A DNA stretch of 64,000 bases, taken from the NCBI GenBank assembly GCA_963767005.1, contig CAVYCN010000007.1, forward strand, positions 1-64,000, written 5' to 3'. The position numbers and the translations under genes are program-made. Shown here piece after piece: positions 37,389-46,401 of this stretch. Origin of the DNA: an uncultured Actinomycetes bacterium. GTDB lineage: Bacteria > Actinomycetota > Thermoleophilia > UBA2241. Under the pieces are notes generated by a model. It made no database searches. It was given only the letters and a program-made list of their open reading frames with translations, and was not told where the DNA came from. How positions within the stretch are numbered: position 1 is the first letter of the stretch; each line of letters starts with the position of its first letter.

Positions 37389-38245
37389 GCCGCGTCGCCT
37401 ACTACCCCGGCTGCTCGCTGCACGGCACCGCCAAGGAACTCGACAGCTCGTTCCTGGCCTCGGCCGCCCGGCTCGGCGTCGACCTCGTCGAGATCCCCGG
37501 CTGGGAGTGCTGCGGCAACACCGCGGCGCACGCCACCAACCGCCTGCTGGCGACCGCCCTGCCGGCCAACGAGATGGCCAAGGTCAAAGACGACCTGGGC
37601 CTCGACCGCGTGGCCGTGCCCTGCGCCGCCTGCTTCGCACGCTTCATGGCGACCAACCACGAGATGGACGACCCCGAGACGGCGCGCGACGTCGCGCAGG
37701 TGGTCGGCCGGCCCTACGCCGGCGGCGTGGGCGTGCTCAACCTCGTCGACTTCTACCACGACGAGGTCGGCCTCGAGGCGCTCAAGGCCAAGGCCACGCG
37801 GCCCTTCGACGGCCTCAAGGTGGCGGCCTACTACGGTTGCCTGCTCACCCGGCCGCCCAAGGTCACCCTGGCCGAAGACCCCGAGTACCCGACCCACATG
37901 GACGAGGTCCTCGAGGCGCTCGGCTGCGAGCCGGTCGACTGGACCTTCAAGACCGACTGCTGCGGCGCCTCGCTCGCCCTCTGCGAGCAGACCATCGTGA
38001 TCGAGCTCGTGCGCAAGATCGTGGCCAACGCCCGCGAGTGCGGCGCCCAGGCGATCGCCTGCGCCTGCCCGCTCTGCCAGGTCAACCTCGACAGCCGCCA
38101 GGGCGACATCAAAAAGACCGACCTCGGCTGGGTCGACGTGCCGATCGTCTACCTCTCCCAGTTCGTCGGCCGCGCCCTCGGCGTGGGCGACGTCGACCTC
38201 GGCCTGAGCAAGCACATGGTGGCCGTCGACGCGGTGCTCGCCTAA
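37385..38245 (+). CDS. hdrB: Heterodisulfide reductase subunit B-like (two CCG domains)
   Basis: YYPGCS, WECCG, PCAAC, YYGC, TDCCG, ACPLCQ.NLD. Confidence 0.92.
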   Translation: MSRVAYYPGCSLHGTAKELDSSFLASAARLGVDLVEIPGWECCGNTAAHATNRLLATALPANEMAKVKDDLGLDRVAVPCAACFARFMATNHEMDDPETARDVAQVVGRPYAGGVGVLNLVDFYHDEVGLEALKAKATRPFDGLKVAAYYGCLLTRPPKVTLAEDPEYPTHMDEVLEALGCEPVDWTFKTDCCGASLALCEQTIVIELVRKIVANARECGAQAIACACPLCQVNLDSRQGDIKKTDLGWVDVPIVYLSQFVGRALGVGDVDLGLSKHMVAVDAVLA

Positions 38246-38273
38246 GCGAAGGCCGCCAGAAGCATGCACGCCC

Positions 38274-38320
38274 GGACGGGGCGGGGCGCCTTGCGGCGCC
38301 CCGCCCCGTCCGCTTCTGTT
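38274..38320 (+). terminator. Intrinsic terminator-like hairpin after hdrB
   Basis: GGACGGGGCGGGGCGCC-TTGC-GGCGCCCCGCCCCGTCC followed by GCTTCTGTT. Confidence 0.75.
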
Positions 38321-38350
38321 GACTCGTCAGCCTGCCCGCGCGCCGCCGTT

Positions 38351-38380
38351 TGATTCCTATGTGATATCACGATACTATCT
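38351..38380. promoter_or_regulatory. AT-rich operator-like site upstream of the GT39-ABC-SPFH-RHH operon
   Basis: Palindrome GTGATATCAC (38361-38370) flanked by degenerate copies at 10-bp spacing. Confidence 0.45.
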
Positions 38381-38423
38381 GTGCGGAGATCACGTCGGAG
38401 CACGGTCGAAGGAGTCCTGAGTC

Positions 38424-39986
38424 GTGGCGGCAAGGGCAGACGATACGCGGGGAGCCGGCCTCGGGGCGCCCGGCGACGGCGCGCGCGCGCCGTCGCCGGG
38501 CGCCCTGCCGCGCCTCGTGCTCGCACCGCTCGCGGCGCTCTCCGCCGCCGTCGCCCTGCTGCTCATCGCCTTCTCCGGCCGCTACGGCTACCACGGCGAC
38601 GAGCTCTACTTCCTGGTCGCCGGCCACCACCTCGCCTGGGGCTATCCCGACCTGCCGCCGCTCGTACCGCTGCTCGCCCGGGCGCTCACCGACGTCGCGC
38701 CGAGCTCGCTCGTCGTCCTGCGCCTGCCGTCGGCCCTTGCCGCCGGCGCGACCGTCGCCATCACCGCGCTCACCTGCCGCGAGCTCGGCGGCGGTAAGGC
38801 CGCGCAGCTCCTCGCCGCGGCCGCGATGGCGGTCAGCCCCCTGCTGCTCGCGGCGGCCCACCTGTTCGGCACGACGCCGCTCGACCTGTTCTTCTGGACC
38901 CTGCTCGTCTTCCTCGTCGTGCGCATCCTGCGCAGCGGCGACGACCGCCTGTGGCTCGCGGTCGGGCTCGTCGCCGGCATCGGCCTGCTGAACAAGGACC
39001 TCGTTGCGTTCCTCACTATCGGCGTGCTCGCCGGCATCGCGCTCGCCGGCCCGCGGCGCCGCCTCGCCTCGCCCTGGCTCTGGGAGGGTGCGCTGATCGC
39101 CGCCCTGCTGTGGGCGCCCTACCTGGCCTGGCAGGCCCAGCACGGCTGGCCGCAGCTCGCCGTGGCCCACTCGATCGCGGCCGGCCGCTCCGGCACCTCC
39201 GAGCCGCGCTGGGCCTTCCTGCCCTTCCAGCTCGTGCTGGTCAGCCCCTACCTGGCGCCCATCTGGATCGCCGGTCTCGTGCGCCTCTTACGCGACCCGG
39301 CATTGCGCTTCTGCCGCGCGCTCGGCTGGAGCTGGGTCGTGCTTGCCGCGGTCTTCATCGTCACCGGCGGCAAGCCCTACTACCTGGGCGGCCTCATCCC
39401 GCTGCTGCTCGCGACCGGGGCGCCGGCCACGCTCGCCTGGATGAGCCGCGGCCGGGCGCGCCTGCGCCGCGGCTTGCTGATCGCCGCCGTGGCGCTGACG
39501 GCGCTGACGGCCGTGGTCGTCACCCTGCCGGTGATCCCGGTGGCCAACCTCCACAACACGAACATCGGCTCGCTCAACTACGACGCCCTCGAGACGGTGG
39601 GCTGGCCGACCTACGTAAGCGAGATCGCCGGCGTCTACCACGGGCTACCGGCGAGCGAGCGGGCCACGACCGTGCTGCTCACCACAAGCTACGCCGAGGC
39701 CGGCGCGATCGACCGCTTCGGGTCCCCTCTCGGGCTGCCCCAGGCCTACAGCGGCCACGACGGCTTCTGGTACTGGGGGCCGCCGCCGGCGAGCGCCACG
39801 ACGGTCGTGGCCGTCGGCTTCGAGCGCGACTTCCTCGAGCGCAGCTTCGGCAGCGTGCGCCTGGCGACGCAGTTGAACGACCATCTGGACGTGAACAACG
39901 ACGATCAGGGGGCGCCGGTCTGGATCTGCCGACAGCCCCGGGAGAGCTGGCAGGCGCTGTGGCCGACGTTCCGCTACCTCGGTTGA
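38424..39986 (+). CDS. GT-C fold glycosyltransferase (GT39/ArnT-like)
   Basis: YGYHGDELYF, WGYPDLPP, GLLNK, WQAQHGWP, GGKPYY; many TM helices. Confidence 0.88.
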   Translation: MAARADDTRGAGLGAPGDGARAPSPGALPRLVLAPLAALSAAVALLLIAFSGRYGYHGDELYFLVAGHHLAWGYPDLPPLVPLLARALTDVAPSSLVVLRLPSALAAGATVAITALTCRELGGGKAAQLLAAAAMAVSPLLLAAAHLFGTTPLDLFFWTLLVFLVVRILRSGDDRLWLAVGLVAGIGLLNKDLVAFLTIGVLAGIALAGPRRRLASPWLWEGALIAALLWAPYLAWQAQHGWPQLAVAHSIAAGRSGTSEPRWAFLPFQLVLVSPYLAPIWIAGLVRLLRDPALRFCRALGWSWVVLAAVFIVTGGKPYYLGGLIPLLLATGAPATLAWMSRGRARLRRGLLIAAVALTALTAVVVTLPVIPVANLHNTNIGSLNYDALETVGWPTYVSEIAGVYHGLPASERATTVLLTTSYAEAGAIDRFGSPLGLPQAYSGHDGFWYWGPPPASATTVVAVGFERDFLERSFGSVRLATQLNDHLDVNNDDQGAPVWICRQPRESWQALWPTFRYLG

Positions 39987-40056
39987 TGGCGGCCGTGTCC
40001 TCAAGACCTGCGATGAGAGGTGCCGCGATGCACGGGAGCCGACCGGGAGAGGCCCG

Positions 40057-40968
40057 ATGACCGCCGGACAGGGCGGCCGGCCTGAACTGCGCGTGTCGGG
40101 ACTGCGCCACCGCTTCGGCGAGCGCCTCGCCGTCGACGGGGTCGAGTTCACGGTGGCCGGCGGCGAGATCGTCGGCCTGGTCGGGCGCAACGGCGCCGGG
40201 AAGACCACGACGATGCGCGCCGTCATGGGCATCCTGCAGCCGCGGGAGGGCGAGATCGTCTGGCGTGGCCATCCGGTCGGCTTCGACGACCGCCTGCGCT
40301 TCGGCTACATGCCCGAGGAACGCGGCCTGTACCCGCAGATGAAGATCCTGCCCCAGCTCGTCTACTTCGCCCGGCTCTGCGGGCTCGACCGCGCGACGGC
40401 CGAACGGCGCGCCGGCGAGCTGCTCGGGCGCCTCGACCTGGCGGCGCGCGCTCAGGACCTGACGATCGCCCTGTCGCACGGCAACCAGCAGCGCGTGCAG
40501 CTCGCCGTCGCGATGGTGCACGACCCCGACCTGTTCGTGCTGGATGAGCCCTTCGCCGGCCTCGACCCGAGCGTCGTCGACGAGCTCTCGACGATCCTGC
40601 GCGCCGAGGCCGACGGCGGCCACGCCATCCTCTTCTCGAGCCATCAGCTCGACCTGGTCGAGCGCCTCTGCGACCGCGTCGTCGTGCTCGAACAAGGCAG
40701 AGTGCTCGCCGCCGGTACGCTCGACGAGCTGCGCGGTCGGCTGCCGCGCCGCCTGCGCGTGAAGGTCGACGCGCCGGCCGGCTGGGAGCAGGGCCTGGCC
40801 GGCGTGCGCGCCGAGGGCGAAGACGGCGAGGGCGTCGTCCTCGACCTCGCCGGCGACGCCGACGCTCAGGCCGTCCTCGCGGCGGCCCAGGCGGCCGGGC
40901 CGGTCGAGCAGTTCGGCTACGAGCGTGGTCATCTGGTCGACGTCTACCGAGAGCTGGTGCGGCGATGA
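40057..40968 (+). CDS. ABC transporter ATP-binding protein
   Basis: GRNGAGKTT, LSHGNQQR, LDEPFAGLD, SSH. Confidence 0.95.
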   Translation: MTAGQGGRPELRVSGLRHRFGERLAVDGVEFTVAGGEIVGLVGRNGAGKTTTMRAVMGILQPREGEIVWRGHPVGFDDRLRFGYMPEERGLYPQMKILPQLVYFARLCGLDRATAERRAGELLGRLDLAARAQDLTIALSHGNQQRVQLAVAMVHDPDLFVLDEPFAGLDPSVVDELSTILRAEADGGHAILFSSHQLDLVERLCDRVVVLEQGRVLAAGTLDELRGRLPRRLRVKVDAPAGWEQGLAGVRAEGEDGEGVVLDLAGDADAQAVLAAAQAAGPVEQFGYERGHLVDVYRELVRR

Positions 40969-42155
40969 GCGGCACGTCCTCTGTCTGGCTGGTCGCGCGC
41001 CGCGAGATCGACGAGCGCCTGCGCAGCCGTACCATCCGCATCGTGACGGCGATCAGCGTCGTGCTCGTCCTGGCGGTCATCGTGGCGCCGTCGCTGTTCC
41101 ATAAGCCGGCCAAGCCGACACCCGTCGGCCTCGTGGGGACCTCGACGCAGGCGCTCGCCCCGGCGCTGCAGCGTGCCGCGAGCGCGGCCGGCGTGAAGGT
41201 GCGCCTCGTCGATCTACCGAGCGTGGCCGGCGCGCAGACGGACGTCCGATCGAAGGTGCTCGATGTGGCGCTGGTCGTGAGCGGCGACCGTGCAACCGCC
41301 CAGGTCCGGCAGGACCTCGACCCCACACTGCGCGCCCTGCTGCAGGCGGTCGTGAGCGAGACGCACCTGCGGGCGGCCCTTGTCGCGAGCGGGCTGGCGC
41401 CGTCGGCGGTGAGCCGCGCGCTCACGCCGGCGCCCCTCACGGTGGTCGCGCTCAACCCCGCGCCGGCCGACCAGACCGCGCACAGCCTCGCGGCCGTCAT
41501 CGCCGGTCTGCTCCTGTACATGAGCATCGCCATGTACGGGCAGGCGGTGGCCCAGGGCGTCGCGCAGGAGAAGACGTCGCGGACCGCCGAGGTCCTGCTC
41601 GCCGTCGTGCGGCCGAGTCGGCTGCTGGCCGGCAAGGTACTCGGCATCGGCCTCGTGGGCTTCGTGCAGATCGGCGTGACCGTCGGCGCCGGCCTCGTCG
41701 CCAACGCGCTGGTCAAGCGCGCCGAGATCCCCTCGACCATCTGGGTGTTGCTGCCCATGGTCCTGCTCTGGTTCCTGCTGGGCTTCGCTCTCTACGCCTT
41801 CGCGTGCGCCGCCGCCGGGGCTCTCGTCGCCCGGCAGGAGGAGATCGGCTTCGTCACCATGCCGATCCTGATGATCCTCATGATCAGCTTCCTGCTGATG
41901 TACGTGGCCATCGCCACGCCGGGCGCCTGGTGGCTCACGGTGGTCTCGTTCGTGCCGCCCATGGCGCCGGTCCTCATGCCGGTGCGGATCGCCCTGGTCC
42001 ACGTGCCCGCCTGGCAGGTGGCCCTCTCCGCGGCCCTGACGCTCGCCGCCGCCGTGCTCGTCGCCGCCACCGCCGCGCGCATCTACTCGTTCGCCCTGGT
42101 GCGCGGCGGCGCCAAACTGAGCTGGGGCGAGGCGCTGCGCCTGAGCCGCTCGTGA
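40965..42155 (+). CDS. ABC-2 type permease
   Basis: LVARRE, VAQEKTSR..EVLL, LLAGKVLG; 6-7 TM helices. Confidence 0.9.
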   Translation: MSGTSSVWLVARREIDERLRSRTIRIVTAISVVLVLAVIVAPSLFHKPAKPTPVGLVGTSTQALAPALQRAASAAGVKVRLVDLPSVAGAQTDVRSKVLDVALVVSGDRATAQVRQDLDPTLRALLQAVVSETHLRAALVASGLAPSAVSRALTPAPLTVVALNPAPADQTAHSLAAVIAGLLLYMSIAMYGQAVAQGVAQEKTSRTAEVLLAVVRPSRLLAGKVLGIGLVGFVQIGVTVGAGLVANALVKRAEIPSTIWVLLPMVLLWFLLGFALYAFACAAAGALVARQEEIGFVTMPILMILMISFLLMYVAIATPGAWWLTVVSFVPPMAPVLMPVRIALVHVPAWQVALSAALTLAAAVLVAATAARIYSFALVRGGAKLSWGEALRLSRS

Positions 42156-42300
42156 GGAGCCGGGCCGTGCACGTGGCGACGATGACGACCGCAACGCAGC
42201 CGAATGTCGCCGCGATCGAGCATCAGCCCGACCAGATGATCCCGAGCCGCGCCGGGGGGAGCGCGGAGACCCGTCGAACCCGGCCTGGATGGAGGAACCG

Positions 42301-43299
42301 ATGAACAAGGAACACAGTGTCAAAGTGCTGAGCGGGTGGATCATGGCGCCCGTCACCCTCGCCCTCTACGCGGCGGCCGGGGTACTGTTCTGGCAGTCGG
42401 CCGTGCACGGCACGACGACCGCCGGCGGCGGCACCCAGCCCAACGTCAGCCTGCTGATCGGCGGGATCGTATCGCTGTTCTTCGCGATCCTGTCGACGCC
42501 CGGTTACTTCACGCTGCAGCCCAACGAGGCGCGTCTGCTGATCCTGTTCGGTAACTACCGGGGCACCACGCGCCAGGGCGGCCTCTGCTGGGGCAACCCG
42601 TTCTACGCAAACGGCCCGGCATCGCAGGGCCGCTCGCGCGGCTCCGGCGGACGCGGCGGCGGCGGCGACACCGGCGGCACGCAGGCGGCCCGCCGGCTGC
42701 CGCGTTACAAGGTCTCCCTGCGAGCCCGTACCCTGAACGGCGATCGTCTGAAGGTGAACGACAAGGCCGGCAACCCGATCGAGATCGCCGCCGTCGTCGT
42801 GTGGCACGTGCAGGACACCGCGCAGGCGATCTTCGACGTCGACGACTTCGAAGCGTACGTGTCGATGCAGAGCGAGACGGCGCTGCGGCATCTGGCGACC
42901 GCCTACGCCTACGACCACGGCGAGGACGCCGACAGCGAGATCACCCTGCGCGGCAACGTCGACGACGTCTCGGAGGCGCTGCGCGAGGAGCTCAAGGAGC
43001 GCCTGGCCAAGGCCGGCGTCACGGTCGACGAGGCGCGTCTCACGCACCTCGCCTACGCGCCCGAGATCGCCCAGACCATGCTGCGCCGCCAGCAGGCCGA
43101 GGCCGTGATCGCCGCCCGCAAGAAGATCGTGCGCGGCGCCGTCAGCATGGTCGAGCAGGCGCTCAACGAGTTCAACGAGAAGAACCTGGTCGACTTCGAC
43201 CCGGAGCGACGCGCGACCATGGTGAGCAACCTCATGGTGGTGCTCTGCGGCGAGTCGCAGGTCACGCCCGTCATCAACACCGGCACGCTCTATCAGTGA
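42301..43299 (+). CDS. SPFH (band 7) domain membrane protein
   Basis: QPNEA..LFG.Y, KVNDK.GNPIEIA, HLAYAPEIA..ML.RQQA, MVSNLMVVLC; GGAGG RBS. Confidence 0.92.
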   Translation: MNKEHSVKVLSGWIMAPVTLALYAAAGVLFWQSAVHGTTTAGGGTQPNVSLLIGGIVSLFFAILSTPGYFTLQPNEARLLILFGNYRGTTRQGGLCWGNPFYANGPASQGRSRGSGGRGGGGDTGGTQAARRLPRYKVSLRARTLNGDRLKVNDKAGNPIEIAAVVVWHVQDTAQAIFDVDDFEAYVSMQSETALRHLATAYAYDHGEDADSEITLRGNVDDVSEALREELKERLAKAGVTVDEARLTHLAYAPEIAQTMLRRQQAEAVIAARKKIVRGAVSMVEQALNEFNEKNLVDFDPERRATMVSNLMVVLCGESQVTPVINTGTLYQ

Positions 43300-43377
43300 C
43301 GGCCGGCGACGGCACGACGGCAGCTCGGTCGGCGATGGGCGGCGGCCGGACCACGACGGCGACGGTGAGGTAGCCCG

Positions 43378-43644
43378 GTGGCGCCTCGCAAGCAGTTCCT
43401 GCTGCGCATCGACCCGGCGCTCTGGCGCGAGCTCGAGCGCTGGGCCGCCGACGACCTGCGTTCGGTCAACGCCCAGGTCGAGTGGCTGCTGCGTGGCGCG
43501 GTGCGCGCGCGCCGCTCCGGCTCCGCCGCGACGCGACCCTCGCACGGACAGGCGCCGGGCGCGGGCGGGGCGGCGGGCGGCGGCTCAGAGCCACCGCCCG
43601 CCGCCCCGCCCGACGCGCCCTCGCCCGACGCCGACGATCACTGA
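43378..43644 (+). CDS. Arc-like ribbon-helix-helix DNA-binding protein
   Basis: [32 protein letters not shown]. Confidence 0.85.
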   Translation: MAPRKQFLLRIDPALWRELERWAADDLRSVNAQVEWLLRGAVRARRSGSAATRPSHGQAPGAGGAAGGGSEPPPAAPPDAPSPDADDH

Positions 43645-43759
43645 AGCGGCCTCCCGGGAACCAGACCGTATAGGGCGACCGGCGCGTTGCCCGCGCTCGG
43701 CGGTGTAGTCTTCTCGAAGGGGCGCGGGCGGGCACGCCGTGGCCCACGAGGAGGACGGC

Positions 43760-44455
43760 ATGGACGAGGTCGCACGCCGTATCTGGCGCTGGACGACACG
43801 CCACCCCGAGTGGCACACGCGCATCGAGTGGGGGCACGAGGTGGCGAGCTTCGCCCTGGTCGCCGACGGTCTCACGCTCGTCGACCCCCTCCTCCCCGCC
43901 CCCGGCTCGCCGACCCGCGCCGCGGTCGACCGCGGCCTCGAGCGCCTGGCCCGCGACGCCGAGCGGCTCGACATCCTGATCACCATCCCCTACCACACGC
44001 GCAGCGCCGAAGAGCTCTACTTCCGCTACCGCCGCGCGTTGCCGACGGCGATCTGGGGACACCGCGCCGTCGTGCGCCGGCTGCTCGACCCGGACACGCC
44101 GCTGACCGAGATCGTGCCCGGCCAGGCCGTGGCCGGCGTCGCCCTGGCGCTGCCCATCGGCAAGCCGCGGCGCTCCGAGACGCCGCTCTACTTCGCCAAG
44201 CACCGGGCGCTCGCGTTCGGCGACGCGGTGATCGGCTTCGAGGGCGGGCTGCGAGTCTGGCAGCAGGCTTCGACCGATCCGCACTGGCACGACCACGTGT
44301 TCCTGCCGACCATGCGGCCGCTGCTCGACCTCGACGTCGAGCGGGTGCTCGTCACGCACGGCCCCCCGGTCCTGCACGACGGCCGCGAGGCGCTGCGCGC
44401 GGCCATGGCCGCCCCCCTGTGGGACTACCCGCGCGACGAAGTCACGCCTGGGTGA
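43760..44455 (+). CDS. Metallo-beta-lactamase-fold-like protein
   Basis: LVDP, ILIT..YHTRS, AFGDA, VLVTHG. Confidence 0.7.
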   Translation: MDEVARRIWRWTTRHPEWHTRIEWGHEVASFALVADGLTLVDPLLPAPGSPTRAAVDRGLERLARDAERLDILITIPYHTRSAEELYFRYRRALPTAIWGHRAVVRRLLDPDTPLTEIVPGQAVAGVALALPIGKPRRSETPLYFAKHRALAFGDAVIGFEGGLRVWQQASTDPHWHDHVFLPTMRPLLDLDVERVLVTHGPPVLHDGREALRAAMAAPLWDYPRDEVTPG

Positions 44456-44653
44456 GCGCCGACGACGAAGTCGCTCGGCGGACTACCCGCGCGACGAAGT
44501 CACGCCTGGGTGAGCGCCGACGACGAAGTCGCTCGGCGGACTACCCGCGCGACGAAGTCACGCCTGGGTGAGCGCCGACGACGAAGTCGCTCGGCGGACT
44601 ACCCGCGCGACGAAGTCACGCCTGGGTGAGCGCCGCCGACGAAGTCGCTCGGC
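44422..44653 (+). repeat. Four tandem 58-bp units
   Basis: GGACTACCCGCGCGACGAAGTCACGCCTGGGTGAGCGCCGACGACGAAGTCGCTCGGC at 44422, 44480, 44538, 44596; one substitution in unit 4; no spacers. Confidence 0.95.
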
Positions 44654-44754
44654 GCGACTCGAGCGCCACGAACAGCTAGACTCAGGGCGGTACGGCCAGG
44701 CCGCTTCGGTCCGGGCGGTGCCAGGCCAACCGGCGGCGACGAAGGAGCCCGGCC

Positions 44755-45153
44755 ATGACCCTCTTCTTTCAGCGAGGCGCGATCGACGGGGACCACCTGC
44801 GCTTCGTGTTGCGCATGCTCCCCGCCGACATCAGCTTCGCCGACGAGAACGACGTGCTGCGCTACTGGTCGGGGAGCACCTACCGCACCTGCGACCCGCA
44901 CTTCATCGGCAAGGACGTGCGCGCCTGTCACCCGGCCGAGTCGCTCGAGACTCTCGAGGCCATCCTCGCCGCCTTCAAGAGCGGTGAGCGCGACGTGGCC
45001 GAGGGCTGGCACGACGAGAACGGCCGCTTTTGCTACACGCGCTACGTCGCCGTGCGCGACGACGCCGGCGCCTACCGCGGCATCCTCGAAGTAGACGAGG
45101 ACCTCACCGACCTGCGCGCGCTCGAGGGCGCACAGACCCTGCCGGGCTGGTAG
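44755..45153 (+). CDS. Stand-alone PAS-domain protein (PAS_10-like)
   Basis: LPADISFADEND..RY, IGKDVRACHP, YVAVRD..G.YRG.LE; AAGGAG RBS. Confidence 0.85.
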   Translation: MTLFFQRGAIDGDHLRFVLRMLPADISFADENDVLRYWSGSTYRTCDPHFIGKDVRACHPAESLETLEAILAAFKSGERDVAEGWHDENGRFCYTRYVAVRDDAGAYRGILEVDEDLTDLRALEGAQTLPGW

Positions 45154-45297
45154 CGGGAGCGCGGGAGCGGCGCGGCGGCGGACCCGAAGTCGGACAGGCG
45201 CAGGCGCAGCGCCGGCGATCGACGGGTCGGACAGAGGGCGCCGTGCGGGTGAGCGCCGGCTCGAAGGTCGAGAGGTGATCCCGCAGGCGGGGCCGCG

Positions 45298-45993
45298 CTA
45301 CGCGGACGCGGCGAACTCGTGCACGCAGGCGGGGTCGCCCTCGAGCAACGAGGCGGTCATGCGATGGCCGGCGGGGTCGGCGCCGAGCAGCCCGCACAGC
45401 AGGCCGCTGCCGAGACCGCATACGAGGTCTGGGTGCTCGACCGCGACCTCGCGGTACACGCAGTTGCCGACCGCGAGCACCACGGTGCCGTCGGCGCGTC
45501 GTTCGACGTGCGGGCTGCAGCCGGCCGCACCCAGGTAAGCGATCACCGCGCCCAGGTCGCCCGCGCGGTGGCCGTTCGACGACAGGCCGGCGGCCACCTC
45601 GCGACCGATCTCGTAGCCCACCTCGTGAGCCACCATCGCCGGATCGCCGTCGAGCCGCCCCGCCACGCGCGCCAGCATGCCGGCCAGGCCCTGATAGCGC
45701 CGCGGCGGCACCTGGATGTCGAGGCGCGACGCCGCCGGCGAGTAGACCTTGGCCGGGCGGCCGCCGCGCGGGTTGCGCCGCGTGCCCACGGTGAGCAGAC
45801 CGGCCTGGGCGAGCTTCTCGAGGTGTGAGCGTGCGACGGTGCGGTGCAGCCCGAACACGGCCGCGACCTCGCTCGCCGACACCGGCTCGACCGCCCCGAC
45901 CACGTGCTCGTAGATGCCGAATCTGGTGGAGTCGCCGAGGGCGGCGCCGACGGTGCCGAGGGCGGACAGGTCCCATTGTCGCACGATTTCCAT
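45298..45993 (-). CDS. ArsR-like HTH regulator with Cys-containing C-terminal domain
   Basis: ALGDSTRFGIY, ARSHLEKL, GGRPAKVY, NCVY..VA..HPDLVC, C-terminal C. Confidence 0.85.
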   Translation of the reverse strand: MEIVRQWDLSALGTVGAALGDSTRFGIYEHVVGAVEPVSASEVAAVFGLHRTVARSHLEKLAQAGLLTVGTRRNPRGGRPAKVYSPAASRLDIQVPPRRYQGLAGMLARVAGRLDGDPAMVAHEVGYEIGREVAAGLSSNGHRAGDLGAVIAYLGAAGCSPHVERRADGTVVLAVGNCVYREVAVEHPDLVCGLGSGLLCGLLGADPAGHRMTASLLEGDPACVHEFAASA

Positions 45994-46023
45994 CGTTTCG
46001 TGACTATACGCCCCACGAACGAC

Positions 46024-46039
46024 CGTGACAAAGGTCACA
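46024..46039. promoter_or_regulatory. CRP/FNR-family-like binding site
   Basis: CGTGA-N6-TCACA in the divergent intergenic region. Confidence 0.5.
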
Positions 46040-46138
46040 ACGTTACGCAGGAGACCCGAGCTTGCCGCGTGCGCCGCCTGGGTATCTCGGGGTGACGCCG
46101 CCGCGCGGCGTGCCCCGCTACCGGCCGAAAGGACCGCC

Positions 46139-46336
46139 ATGATCAAGGTGAGGAGCTTCACGACCCCGATCAAGATCTTCGCCACCATCCGTGAGCTGAC
46201 CGAGCTCGACGAGACGGTCTCGACGTTCCTGGCCGACGAAAAGGCGACCGTCGTCTACTCGGTGAGCGACGCGGCGACGGCCGGCGACACCGGCGAGACC
46301 ATCGGCCTGATCCGGGTCGTCGCCTACGAGGCCTGA
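46139..46336 (+). CDS. Small hypothetical protein (65 aa)
   Basis: AAAGGA RBS; MIKVRSFTTPIKIF...IGLIRVVAYEA; good codon bias. Confidence 0.75.
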   Translation: MIKVRSFTTPIKIFATIRELTELDETVSTFLADEKATVVYSVSDAATAGDTGETIGLIRVVAYEA

Positions 46337-46366
46337 GTCAGCGAGCTTCCCGCTCCCCGCCTCCAG

Positions 46367-46394
46367 TCAAGGAGCCCCCGCTCCCTGCCGATGA
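46367..46394 (+). promoter_or_regulatory. FliA/WhiG-like promoter
   Basis: TCAA-N16-GCCGATGA just upstream of the 46402 gene. Confidence 0.5.
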
Positions 46395-46401
46395 GCGGGG
46401 G

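Noticed and set aside
42156-42290. Possible minus-strand membrane-gene remnant between ABC permease and SPFH
   Set aside because: Too short and interrupted by a stop; not identifiable.
44422-44653. CRISPR array
   Set aside because: Units are contiguous and essentially identical, with no unique spacers and no cas genes.
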